This document shows, in pieces, positions 1 through 12,388 of a DNA stretch of 64,000 nt (within the stretch, counting starts at the first letter, position 1; every line of letters begins with the position of its first letter). The position numbers and the translations under genes were made by a program. Origin of the DNA: Eledone cirrhosa (Eukaryota); the NCBI GenBank assembly GCA_964016885.1, contig OZ024741.1, positions 329,096,001 through 329,160,000 of the forward strand, in the 5' to 3' direction. The notes under the pieces are model-generated. The model was not told the origin of the DNA. It worked only from the letters and a program-made list of their open reading frames with translations, and ran no database searches.

Positions 1-2530
1 ACAAAAGAACAAATTCAAGACCACATGTATGCATCCTGCATCTAAGGAATGGCATATTTTGAACTACGTCCTAGTCAGGATGCGTGACAGACAGGATGTG
101 CAGTGTGTTCGTGTTCTTCGTGGAGCTGAGTGCTGGACGGACCACCGCCTGGTACGCGCAAAAGTGAAACTAATCCCTAAACGTAAAATCTGGGCTCCTG
201 GTGTTGCCCTGCCCAAAAGATTGAATGATGCTCGTCTTAAGGATAAAAATGTGAAGAGGACATTGGAAGAAGAGATGCAGGCTGCAGATCTTGGTGAGGA
301 TTGGCCGACCCTTAAAAAGTCGGTTTATGATGTAGGCAGGCGTGTTCTGGGATTGGCAGAGAGGAAACATCAGGACTGATTTAATGTGAATGATGTACAT
401 ATAGAAGACTTGTTGGCTGATAAGAGGCGTGCTCTGTCATGCTACTTGACGGCAAAACCACAGGAGAGGAATACGTTGCATGAGGAACTCAGGGATGTAA
501 AATCACGTGTTAGGCGGAGTCTTTCTCAGATGAAGGATCAGTGGTGGAGTGAGAAGGCTGGTGAGATACAAACTGCGTCTGATTCCAATAACACAAAGCT
601 GTTGTACAGTCTCTTGCGTGAGGTTTATGGACCGTCTTCTTCTCTGGTGACACCGCTTCGCAGCAAGGATGGCAAAGAACTTCTTCGTGACTCACAAGGA
701 ATTCTACGAAGGTGGCGAGAGCACTTTGATGATCTTTTGAATCAGCCGTCTGTCGTCAGTGAAGATTTCCTCAATCTCATTCCAGAAAGTCCTGTGAAAG
801 TAGCTCTCGCAGAACCTCCGACGCTTGTGGAGGTTGCAGTGGCTATTTCGAAGCTGAACAGTGGAAGATCTCCAGGTATGGATGGCATACATGCTGAGCT
901 CCTACAATATGGTTGTGAGAGACTCCTGCAACATCTTCACTCTTTGTTTGGCAGGATATGGGCTAATGAATCCGTACCTGAGGACTGGAGAGATGCAGTA
1001 GTGGTGGTCTTGTACAAGGGAAAGGGTAACAGGAACGATTGTGGGAACTACAGAGGTATATCATTGCTTTCTGTCATGGGGAAAGTTTTATGTAGGGTGC
1101 TTCTGGACTGTCTGCTGACACACATTGCAGATTGTGTTCTTCCTGAAAGTCAATCTGGTTTTCGTGCTGGACGCGGCACTACTGATATGGTCTTCTCAGT
1201 TAGACAGCTCCAGGAGAAGTGCATGGAACAAGGCTTGGATCTGTATCAGGTTTTTGTCGATCTGACAAAAGCTTTCGATACTGTTAACAGAGATGCATTG
1301 TGGAAGGTTTTCCAGAAACTTGGTTGCCTTGATAAGTTCCTTGCTTTAGTTAGGTATTTCCATGACGACATGAAGGCTTGGGTTAATGTCGGGGGTAACA
1401 TGTCGGAGCCTATCTCAGTAAAAAATTGAGTGAAACAGGGGGATATTCCAGCACCGACCCTGTTTGCCATATACTTTGCAATGGTTTTCTGTATTGCATT
1501 CAGGAATTGCGAGTATGGTGTTTATATCCGATATCGAACCTCAGGGAGCATATTTAACATCAGGCGCTTTGCTGCGAAGACAAAAGTATTTACATCAATC
1601 ATAAGAGACCTCTTGTATGCAGATGATTGCGATCTTGTAGCGCACACAGAGAGTGATATGCAGCACATTTTGAGTGCATTTTCTGACGCTTGCACTGCCC
1701 TATGTCTGACTGTCAGTCTCAAGAAAACCGTCGTCATGTACCAACCTGCCCCTGGTAAGCAGTACACTGAACCAAACATCTATGTGTATGGCAAACGACT
1801 TGGAGTGGTTGATCAGTTTGTCTACCTGGGAAGCACTGTCAATCGTTACAGCAACCTTCACGGTGAAATCTCACTTAGGATTAGGAAAGCAAGTGATGCT
1901 TTCGGAAAGCTAGAAAGGCGACTCTGGGGTCGGCGAGACATATGCAGGAGGACAAAGGTAAAGGTGTACAGGGCATGTGTGCTCTCTTGTCTTCTTTATG
2001 CCTGCGAGACCTGTGTCACATATCGACACCACCTTAAGCAATTGGAGCGTTTCCATCAGATGTGTCTCAGACGGATCCATGGCGTTCACTGGAGGGACCA
2101 CATCAGTGATGTCGAGATTTTAGAAAGCTCTATGTGTGACAGTATAGAAGCTCTTGTGCTTGAGCAACGACTCCGTTGGAGTGGTCACCTTGCCAGGATG
2201 AAGGATTCTAGAATACCAAAACAACTCTTTTATGGAGAGTTGGTTAAAGGAAAACGACCGCCACATAAACCAAAAAAGAGGTATCTTCGCAGTCATAAAG
2301 TAAGACCAGTGGTTGACTACCAGGCTGCTGTTGGAGATGCTACTCATCATGCTTGCCAAACATGTGGTAGAGAATGTAAATCAGCAGGAGAGCTCAAGCG
2401 ACATGCAAAAGTACACGAACTCCAACCATAGCCGACTATTCCCAGTAAATGTTTTGGATGCCGACTCTGTGCAAGACATTTTAGATCATTGGCTGGGCTA
2501 AAAAGCCACATTCGATCGCAGCGCTGTTAG
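1..2530 (+). pseudogene. Disrupted APE-RT-ZnF ORF of RTE copy 1
   Basis: ORF-track pieces 29-379, 386-1429 and 1430-2431 share one frame and are separated by single stops. They are colinear with copy 2 apart from a 267-bp in-frame deletion at about 2284. Confidence 0.9.
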
Positions 2531-2641
2531 TTGCTATCGTGTGTGTGTGTGTGTGTGTGTAGATATGCTTATGTGTGTGCGTGTGTGTGTATATATATGT
2601 GTATATGTATATTATTATTGTTGTTGTCGTTATTATTATTG

Positions 2642-2673
<32 letters not shown>

Positions 2674-2713
2674 GTTATTAATGTATGCGTGTGTGTATAT
2701 GTGTGTGTGAGTA

Positions 2714-2747
<34 letters not shown>

Positions 2748-2856
2748 TGTATATGTATATATATATATATTTTTTATTTATTTATTTATTATTATTTTTT
2801 TTTTTTCTTTCTCCTCGTGCAATGGCCATACTCGATAACGAGGGGGCAGCCATCAT
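1..2856 (+). mobile_element. RTE-clade (BovB-like) LINE, copy 1; 5' end lies outside the window; inactivated
   Basis: APE C-terminal motif WTDHRLV; RT motifs SPGMDGIHAELL, NYRGISLLS, VDLTKAFDTV, QGDIPAPTLF, LLYADD; RLRWSGHLARM; C-terminal C2H2 fingers. In-frame stops at 377, 1427 and 2429; natural stop 2528-2530. Microsatellite-rich 3'UTR ends in a CTCG-ATAA-CGAG stem-loop (2831-2842) then CATCAT(GTAT)n. Confidence 0.93.
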
Positions 2857-3097
2857 GTATGTATGTACGTATGTATATGTCTACATACAGCTTCTAGCTC
2901 ACAATTTACAACCATTCATTGTCAAAGCCGGATCTGTCAATGTTTAAAAATTTGACATATTGTAAATATGTAATAATGTATATTCGATACGGTTAGGTCG
3001 TATCGAATTAGCGCTGTTTTTATGGAGACTATGAGACTATCCAGCAACTCTATGGCATATTTGTTACAATGTAAAAATTACCAATCAGAGAGAGAGG

Positions 3098-3139
<42 letters not shown>

Positions 3140-3646
3140 AGATATCTTGAAGTTGGTCTTGTAATCCCTACGCAGATAGAATGTGCGATATATTTTCAAG
3201 AAGCTACAAAATACAACCAAGATATTTCTGTACATGGTGGCTAAAAAATGATACAACAAAAATACCCTTTAGCTGCTTTATAATTATTCTTGTTTTGAAT
3301 GTTTTTGTTATTTATACTTCTTTGCTTATGTTTTCTGCCACTGTTCATTTTCTCGCTCCGTCTATCTCTGTCTTTGTTTGGTTATGTTTCTTAAATAAAA
3401 GAGGTCTGAGGTAATTCTTCTTGTCTTGCATCACAAGCTCTATAGAGATATATATTATAAATTCTATAAACATATACATATTTATATATATATATATGTA
3501 TTAAAGTGTTAAACAATATTCAATGAGTATGTCAAAGAATGAGTTTTACAGTAGATTGGAAGCACTCTACGAAAAAAATAATTTTCCCGAGTTATTAATA
3601 TTAAAATATAAATATTAATAAAATAGATGTTCTTTTGATCAATTAC

Positions 3647-3699
3647 ATTTTATTATACATATTTCGGGTGTACAACAGTACGTCCTCATCAGACAAAAT
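3647..3699 (-). ncRNA. Minimal type I hammerhead ribozyme (Penelope-like pLTR remnant)
   Basis: Minus strand reads ATTTTGT CTGATGA GGACGTAC tgtt GTACACCC GAAA T ATGT ATA ATAAAAT: intact core, 7-bp stem I, stem II with 2 mismatches, near-palindromic stem III, AUA cleavage triplet. Confidence 0.65.
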
Positions 3700-4183
3700 A
3701 TAATGATACATGACATACCCTGAGATGTTAAATGGTTAAGATTTAATCAAGGTAGTGATTAACCTAAGAGAAGATTTAACATATATACCCTAATTATGAG
3801 AAAATGCGAAAACGTAATAAATTCATTAGACAAAGTGTGAGTAAGAAAAACGTTGCTTAATGTAACTGTTATAGAGATTTTAAAATGTATGATACTACAA
3901 TATATCTAGGAAAACATCTCATGAATCATAACGGCCAGTGATAGCCACTGGAAAAGGGTTTATAAGGAGGGAAAGATAAAGGGGGGGGGGGTGATAAATG
4001 CAGAAGGAAATTTTTTTCCGAAGGTTAAACGGTTAAATTTGAAAATATTTAATTTATAATATTAGGGTGAAGACTCAAGATTTCAGGATTTTTTGCTGGT
4101 TATTTATATATTAGTTTTACAAATTCAATAAGTGTGTTATCATTTCTAAACTTCTGTATATATATATAAATATATATATATAC

Positions 4184-4918
4184 CCTGGTCACTCACTGTC
4201 AGCTGGCCCCTTCTTCCCACTTTCACGCACTCCCTCTCTGCTTCTGATTTTAGGGATCAAGTCTTTAATGCGTCGAAATGCCAACGATAATCAGCAGACT
4301 ACTGATGAGGACATTTTACCCCTTGTCTATTTTTATTCATATGTTCATGTTCGCAACAAGGCAGCACGCCATTCTGCATTCACATATGTTTTCCCTTCGC
4401 TGTGGTTCGTATTTTTTCTGTCACTTTACTGCTATCACCCTTTCTCTCGCCTTCACCACTTGCCTTCCTCAACTCCCGCCCGCTGCTGGTCACTCACTCT
4501 CGGCTGGCCCCTTCCTCCCACTTTCACTCACTCCCTCTCTTCTTCTCCCCCCCCCCCCCCTTTCACTTCCTCCCGCCTGACCTGCTTGAATTTCTTTCCT
4601 CTCTCAATCTTCTCGCGGCTCGGACGTGTCTATTTCTCCTCGTCAATTTGATTTGTCGGGCTTAAGCCCACCGGATTCATTGACTTGTCTCTATTTTCCT
4701 CTCTTTATGTTGCATACCACCATGTGTTTGTTTCCTTCCCTCTGTTTTCCCACTGTCCCGATAACTTAATTGAGTTATCGCTCGCACTGATTTTAGGTAT
4801 CTGGTCTTTAATGCGTCGAAATACCAACGATAATCAGCAGACTACTGATGAGGACATTTTACCCCTTGTCTATTTTTATTCATATGTTCATGTTCGCAAC
4901 AATGCAGCACGCCATTCT
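4184..4918 (+). repeat. Partially tandem-duplicated repeat, probably a Penelope-like pLTR remnant
   Basis: About 130-bp block CTGATTTTAGG...CTGATGAGGACATTTTACC...GCCATTCT at about 4245-4377 and 4788-4918. A second shared block TGGTCACTCACT...GCTGGCCCCTTC at about 4186 and 4487. Confidence 0.55.
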
Positions 4919-4942
4919 TCATACATTTATATATATATATAT

Positions 4943-5595
4943 CTAGGGCAGGTAAAATTCCCGAGATCCATGGACGAGTTCTCTCCAGCGGTCTCTGTCC
5001 CTCATTATCGCTGCCATGTCCTGCGTCTCCAACAGACCAGTGTCTGTCCTTAGGGCATCAACATACGTTAACCTTAGTCTTCCTCTTCCATTGTGTCCAT
5101 GTAGGAGCTCCCACAAGAGCATTGAGTGCAATGTCAACTCTGGATGTCGGTGAGCATATCCAGCTAACCTCAGTCTCCTCTGTGTCACTTTTGAGCTGAC
5201 TTTTGGGAGGCTCCCATACAGCTCTGAGTTTTCATCCTCAGTGTATACTGATTAATGTTCAGAGCCATCCTCAGCAATCTCGTGTAGCACACATCCACCA
5301 TCTGAGTGAGTTTCTTGGTCAGTGTCCAAGTCTCAGACCCGTACAGCAGCACAGACTCCACTACAGCAATGAAGAGGCGGATTTTCAGTTCTCTACGAAG
5401 GTCCGACTTCCACACCGATCTAAAGCTGTGTCACGCCGCCCAGGCTTTGCTCTTCCTCTCAACCACCTCATCTTCCGTATTCCCAATCTTTGCTTCCAAA
5501 TACAGGAAGTCCTCAACCAATTCTAGCGGCTTCCCGCCTACATTAATGATCCCCTCTGGCTTCTCAACATTCTCTACCAGATATTTTGTTTTAGT
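4943..5595 (-). mobile_element. 5'-truncated RTE/RTEX-like LINE fragment (3' part of RT ORF)
   Basis: EDFLYL..., KIRLFIAVVESVLLYGSETWTLTK, RRLRLAGYAHRHPE and GRGRLRLTYVDAL motifs, with frameshifts. Confidence 0.8.
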
Positions 5596-5598
5596 CTC

Positions 5599-5724
<126 letters not shown>

Positions 5725-6157
5725 ATGATGGCTGCCCCCTCGTCATCGAGTATGGCCACTGTACGATATACCATTATTAATAATTATTAATTAATTCTAT
5801 CGTGCAATGCCTGTGTGTGAAGATATTTTTTTAAGTGAGGAAAGACTGTGCACTGAGCCAATCCCACTCTCTGAGCGACAGTAGCTATAACTCGAAAAGA
5901 AGAAAAGATCAACATCATCGGTAACTACTGAGCCGCAGATTTTATATCGGAGTTATCCCAGTTTCCTGAGTTGCCTTCTCCTAGAAGAATGCCCTGACAA
6001 AGGCTAGGGGTCCTTCACTCCCAGTGGTTTAACCGCGCGCTCGAGTGTCCAGCCCGACTATGTCTATGTCCCCGCGCATGTACATATGTACATGTGTATA
6101 TACATATTTACACACCTCTGGATGGCCGTTGACTCTTATGAGTTCTTCCACCCTTTA
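5725..6157 (-). mobile_element. Bipartite RTE-derived non-autonomous element (5'UTR + 3' terminus), 5'-truncated copy
   Basis: Matches the RTE 5'UTR at 23710-24005 and the RTE 3' terminus at 2815-2856; also matches 12005-12388 in reverse. Confidence 0.8.
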
Positions 6158-6327
6158 ATTAAGTCAGTATCCTTACCATACCAACAAAAAAGGCAAGCAG
6201 AGTGCACACGAATACATTAAATATATGAGTGTGTGGCTATATTCAGATATTCCCAATCGCTTGAACCTTTAATTAATATGATTCAGTCAGAGTGTCTATA
6301 TTAATATTCACACACACATACACACAC

Positions 6328-6368
<41 letters not shown>

Positions 6369-6449
6369 TTGTATGCATGTGTAGACTTATATACAAATAC
6401 GCAAACACATATATATACATATATATACCTATGTATATATATATATACG

Positions 6450-6482
<33 letters not shown>

Positions 6483-6494
6483 ATACATATATGC

Positions 6495-6576
<82 letters not shown>

Positions 6577-6617
6577 AGGGTTGACGGTCCCAGCATATTT
6601 ATCAATGCCAGTACCGG

Positions 6618-6658
<41 letters not shown>

Positions 6659-6961
6659 ATATATATACATGTATATATGTGTGCATACATAAATGCACAA
6701 GCTAACAAATACATACATTACATTACTTCTATACATATATACATGCATGCATACATCATACATACATACATACATACATACATACATACATACATACATA
6801 CATACATACATACATACATACATACATACATACATACATCAACACGGATGATGCCAATGAGCATTAATTTTGCCCGAGAAATAGTAAACATCAATTAGCT
6901 AAATTAATGTTATTATTAATTCACAAATAAATATAAACATATAACATATATATATATATAC

Positions 6962-7029
<68 letters not shown>

Positions 7030-7171
7030 TACTAATACCACAAATGTATATGACAAACATATATAATTGATAACATAAATATATATAATTTTACGTGAAT
7101 TCTTATCAATATCAGAAAAATTCGGCAAAAATGGATATTTATCATAAACAATGAAGTTGATAATTAAAATA

Positions 7172-7234
<63 letters not shown>

Positions 7235-7298
7235 TGTGTATATATATATGTGTGTGTGTGTGGATGTGTGGGTGAATGTATGTGTATATATATATATA

Positions 7299-7911
7299 TC
7301 TTATATATAAAGTGAAGTTGGGCGTTGTTTGGTGTACCGAACTTGCATGCTACACCGTTCATCCAATTTTCATGAAACCTCATACATATATAAAACTCAA
7401 CGCGTAGAGTGGAATAGGCTACTTGAAAATTTCGAAAAATCGATAAACGGGACCCCAGAAGCCAAAAATCGATATTTTCAAAAATCGATGAAACTCGACG
7501 CAAGTGTGTACTTTGATCTGGGGATAAGCGTGCGCTACATTAAATTTTCGAAAAATCGATAATTGGATCACCAGAGGCAAAACTCAGGACAACTCTAACT
7601 TACTCTCTTTCCCTCTCTTCCACCTCACTGGCTCAGCGACACCTCCTGCCTGCTGATGAAATACATAGATAGATAAACACACAAATATATAGTCATGTAT
7701 ATACTCTCTTTTCCTCTCTTCCACCTCACTGGCGCAGCCAAAACCTCCTGCCTGCTGATAAAATACATAGATAGATAAACACACACATATATAGTTATGT
7801 ATATACTCTCTTTCCCTCTCTTCCACCTCACTGGCGCAGCCAAAACCTCCTGCCTGCTGATAAAATACATAGATAGGTAAACACACACATATATAGATAT
7901 GTATATATGTA

Positions 7912-7957
<46 letters not shown>

Positions 7958-9206
7958 CATATATATGTGTGTATATATATATATATGTGTGTGTATATAT
8001 ATGTCGTCCCACTGCATCGTCATGCCTCACCATGCCGCATCCATGCTCTGTCAGCCACCATGCCCTCCCCTTCCCTCTCCCTTACCCGCACGTCTTGGTC
8101 CTTCACGAGTGCCATGGTTCACCATGCGGAATCCCTGCAACCGTCAATCCCGGCCATCTCCCTTCCCTGCACGCCGTCGTCCCACTGCATCGTCATGCAT
8201 CACCATGCCGCCATCCCCTCCTTGGCCCTTTCTTTTTCCTGCCCGCAGTGCTCCTTCAAGACTACCATGGATCACCATGCGGCATCCTTGCCACCGTCCA
8301 CCCCTGCCCTCTTCCTTGCCTGCTGGCCGTCGCCCCACTACATCTTCATGCCTCAGGATGCCGCCTCCATGCACTGTCAGCCACCATCCCATCCTCGGCC
8401 CTTTCTTCTGCCTGACCGCCGTGCTCCTTCAAGACTCCCATGGCTATCTATGCCGCATCAATTCCTTGCCACCCGCTTAAACGTCATCAGTATGGCTTAT
8501 TGTTGCCTCATTTGATCACCGATTTTCGCAGGCTAAACACAATACCAACGTGCACGATAGTCCATGGTAAATCTTTTTAATTACATGTTCTTGAGGCTGT
8601 TGCAAAGGGCAATAATCCTAGACGCAATTTTGATCAACTTTTTTTCACATATAGCAAATTTACCGGGACAGGTCTTTAGCTACTCAAATCTACTTCAGAG
8701 GTCACGCGTTCATGTAAAAAATCAATAAAACTGAAGCGCGGGTTCGACTTTGCGCAAAAAACAAGGCAAAGTTGCAGATGGGATAATTTTTTACAGGAAC
8801 GTCCGATTTTCGTGAAAACTGTCGCAAATGAATCGTCCATTATGCCGCGATTCAGATAAAGTCCCTTTTATTTCTTCTTCTGCACATGTGAGCGCCAAAA
8901 TTGTAAAAAAAAAAATATTTGAAAAAATCGACTTTTTCACCCTGCTTTAAAAATCAACTGAAAATTCAATTTCAAGTGTATTTGACTTCCGTCAGTCTTG
9001 CAAAGAACAATTTCAACGATACACTGTGAACCTACAATTGATCCATTATTTATGCTCAATTACACACCTGCGTATACTAACCTCTGTTTTTTTCCTTGAG
9101 GTTCGAAGGTTTTTGCACCTGTGATGCGCGGGAAGTAACTTTCAAACATTTTAACAACAGACCAAAGGTCGATTTACACCCGGGCAACGCCGGGTACTTC
9201 TGCTAG
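7299..9206 (+). mobile_element. Non-autonomous Helitron
   Basis: 5' A|TCTTATATATAAAG at 7299; 3' hairpin CCCGG-GCAACG-CCGGG then CTAG|T (9203-9206); inserted in AT within (TA)n. Internal ~110-bp tandem repeats (7600-7900) and GC-rich repeats (8000-8470). Confidence 0.75.
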
Positions 9207-9353
9207 TATATATATATATATATATCAGCGTTTAACATATTGTTTAGATCTGGCTTTTTAACTATGGAGCGCTTGGCAGCATAATCCTGATTATTGCGTT
9301 TCGTTTCGCTTTTTCTATCCCCCGAAATGCGATTCTCGCTGAATTTATATTTG

Positions 9354-9384
<31 letters not shown>

Positions 9385-9653
9385 TTCTGTGTGCGCGTAA
9401 ATATATATATATATATATATATAAATATATATATATACAATATATATTTTTCAATCATATTTTTTTATCTGTTTGACCCGAATTACTTGGTCGTTTCTAT
9501 GGCTGTGTGGATAATGGTTTAACCATCGTCTCAGTGTTTTGGGCCTTTTAACGTATGTTGCAGCCCTGGTTCGTTAGAATATATTGAGCGTTTGCCACAC
9601 ATCTCGGAAGTTGTTTTTCGCTAATTTCCAAAGCCGAAATACGATTCTCGCTA

Positions 9654-9715
<62 letters not shown>

Positions 9716-10226
9716 ATAATAAAGTATGAATTCCGACATGTAAAAAATACATATAGGGAAACAAGTACTATCCAACCGTATGCCAATGTGGTTCTATGGC
9801 GGGTTAATAAATTAACAAGCCAGAACATATAAAACCAAGGTCTAGCAAATAGAGAAAATGTTTTAAAATAAATTTTAAAAAATTCGCAGTCCTTACTATA
9901 TGTGCCTTTACCGCGGTTTCCTGCTCCAGAATAAACGGAAAATCCAAGCGGAATTCCATTGAGAAAGAAGCAATCTTCAGAGGGCTCTTCTCTCTCGGAG
10001 AATATAAAATTCTCGAGTTCAAATCACACACTGACGCCATACAAAACCATTCTGCGAATTTTTTAAAAATTTATTTTAAAACATTTTCCCTATTTGCTAG
10101 ACCTCGATTTTATATGTTCTGGCTTGTTAATTTATTAACCCACCATAGAACCACATTGGCATACGGTTGGATAATACTTGTTTCCCTATATGTATTTTTT
10201 ACATGTTGGAATTCATACTTTATTAT
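9716..10226 (-). mobile_element. Penelope-like pseudo-LTR with inverted partial copy (fold-back)
   Basis: About 175-bp inverted arms (9716-9889 and 10052-10226) around a spacer holding a hammerhead; same family as 46069-46725. Confidence 0.7.
9904..9985 (-). ncRNA. Minimal type I hammerhead ribozyme
   Basis: GCCCT CTGAAGA TTGCTTC ... GGAGCAG GAAA C CGCG GTA AAGGC; palindromic stem III ACCGCGGT; GUA cleavage triplet. Confidence 0.78.
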
Positions 10227-10664
10227 TATGGATAGATAGATAGGTGTGCATGTATGTATTTATGCATGTATGTATTTATGCATGTATATATATGTTCTTC
10301 TGGTTTTATTATTTTATAAGTATTTCACCAATAGAGAGACAGAGAGAGCCTGTTTCTAACATAGACACAAGACACTTTCATTAGAATTTAGACAACATCC
10401 ACTATTTAACTAGGTTCGTGTTGGTTGGTGTATGTGTGTGTATGTGTGCGTGTAAGCTGGTATGGGTGTTATTGCATGTATGAATCTGTATGTTTTGTGT
10501 TATAGGTGTACACATGCATATGTTTCTGTATCTGTACAGGTGTATACGCAATTACCACATATTGAATTTCTTTATATATATATTATGTAAATATGTGCGT
10601 GTGTGTGTGTGCGTGCGTTTGAACAAGTGCCATACGACAAAAAGGAGGACTCAATATTATACTT

Positions 10665-10847
10665 TTGGCTGTATCGATATAGGGTCGGGCGCCATCCTTT
10701 GCAGCATAGAGTTACGGCCCTTTATGATCTGAGTTCAAATCCCGCCGAGTTTAACTTTGCCTTTCATCCTTACGAGCTTGATAAAATAAAGTACCAGTAA
10801 TGCACTGGGGTAATTGCCTGCCTTGTGCCAAAAGTAGAAAGAATTAT
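10665..10847 (+). mobile_element. tRNA-derived SINE with Deu/Nin-like central domain
   Basis: A-box-like TGGCTGTATCG, B-box GAGTTCAAATCCC, core GCCTTTCATCC...GATAAAATAAAGTACCAG, 3' GCCTTGTGCCAAAAGTAGAAA. Confidence 0.75.
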
Positions 10848-11299
10848 ACTTAATACTATAAAAATAGAGATAAAGTTGTATATTTACATTGAAGAAGCTT
10901 GTGAACTCCTACTACTTAAATTTCAGATAATTTGAACGGGAAATATACGATTTGAACGGGGTGGGGGATAAACACCACAAAGGATTCTATCCGAAGATCT
11001 ATAGTTTTCGTCACTGCACAGATTTTAAGGTGTCATTTTATATACCCACTCCGGAAGAATGAAAATAAATTTCCAACTAAGAATGTGAGATGGCGAGACT
11101 AATTTCACAAGTTATTTTGTGTGATGCTCTAACAATTCTTATATTCTGTTGTCTATAATGCTTTAATTCTACCCTAAATACATTGCGTTAGGCTATGGTC
11201 GACTTTCCTTTCTTCACTGATTATCAGATAAGTACCAGGCCACCCCAAAGGGTCAATATATTAAAGTAAAACATTTAAATGAATTGCTCCAGCCTGGTC

Positions 11300-11555
11300 A
11301 TAGTTTTCATGACTCTCCTACTGGGCGCCTCCTAAATCTTGTCAATTTTCTGTGTGGTTTTGGTCATTCCAGGGGAGTAGCCGTACTTACCACGTTTGGT
11401 CTATTGCGGATTGGATGGCCGTTGACTCTCAGGAGTTCATCCGCCCTTTTAACAGCACTTGCTTTTATTTGTTTTGCGTGTGTGCTGCTGGGGTTTCACC
11501 TACCCTCCTCACCAAAGCAGTGACAGGTAGGGGAGTCGGTTTAATCGCCGACCAG
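11300..11555 (-). mobile_element. LINE 5'UTR-like fragment related to the head of the bipartite RTE element
   Basis: Shares GGCGAYTAAACCG and AAGGGCGGAWGAACTC-NNNN-GAGTCAACGGCCATCCA with 11925-12047 and 6119-6156. Confidence 0.5.
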
Positions 11556-11860
11556 TAAAAAATAAAATAATGTATATTCGATATTTGTCTGTTGGTTCAA
11601 ATGTGTGATTATGCGAGTGTTCCAATTGTGGGTTTTCTTCGAATATGTATAAAAATTAGTGTGTATGTATGCATTCACATGTAAGTATATACATACATCC
11701 TTTTGTCTGTGTATATTTTCATTTTGCAGTTGTATATACATGAATGTATGAATGTATGAATATGCATATGGTTGCTCAGTGTGTATGTATATTTATGTAT
11801 GTATGTATATTTATGTATCTTAGTATGTATGTATGTATGTATGTATGTATGTATGTATGT

Positions 11861-12388
11861 CGGGTCACTCAAGTGCTACTGGTAACATGTAACCCAGTAC
11901 GACCAGTCGCATGGTTGGGTCGTCGGCGACTAAACCGGCAACCCCACCAAGTTTACTAGGGGAAGAGGGTGATTTTGGACACCCTGCAAGACAAAAAACA
12001 AAATCTGACAAAGGGCGGAAGAACTCATAAGAGTCAACGGCCATCCAAAAGTGTGTAAATATGTATATACACATGTACCGCGTGGTTAAACCACTGGGAG
12101 TGAAGAACCCTAGTCTTTGTCAGGGCTTTCTTCTAGAAGGCAACTCAGGAAACTGGGATAACTCAGATATAAAACCTGCGGCTCAGTAGTAGCCGACGAT
12201 GTTGATCTTTTCTTCTTTTCGGGTTATAGCTACTGTCGCTCAGAGAGTGGGATTGGCTCAGTGCAAGGTCTTTCCTCACTTGAAAAAATATCTTCACGCA
12301 CAGGCATTGCACGATAGAATTAATTAATAATTATTAATAATGGTATATCGTGCAATGGCCATACTCGATAACGAGGGGGCAGCAATCA
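11861..12388 (+). mobile_element. Bipartite RTE-derived non-autonomous element, longest copy
   Basis: Head (11861-12075), then RTE 5'UTR (12078-12340, matching 23710-23965 in reverse), then RTE 3' terminus TCGTGCAATGGCCATACTCGATAACGAGGGGGCAGCAATCAT; (GTAT)n on both sides. Confidence 0.82.

Noticed and set aside
2275-2295. RTE deletion as a spliced-out intron (AG|GTATAA donor-like)
   Set aside because: The retained junction includes the GT and does not match an AG acceptor in copy 2.
4295-4365. CTGATGAGGACA as a hammerhead core (also at about 4843)
   Set aside because: No properly placed GAAA...NUH and stem I partner found, so it is not called as a ribozyme.
6301-7260. Many ORFs rich in YI/CV/HT/LS dipeptides here and across the window
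   Set aside because: They are translations of (TA)n, (CA)n and (GA)n microsatellites, not proteins.
7600-8470. Regularly spaced repeats superficially like a CRISPR array; Pro/His/Cys-rich ORFs
   Set aside because: The units are tandem minisatellites without unique spacers, inside a Helitron in eukaryotic DNA; no cas genes.
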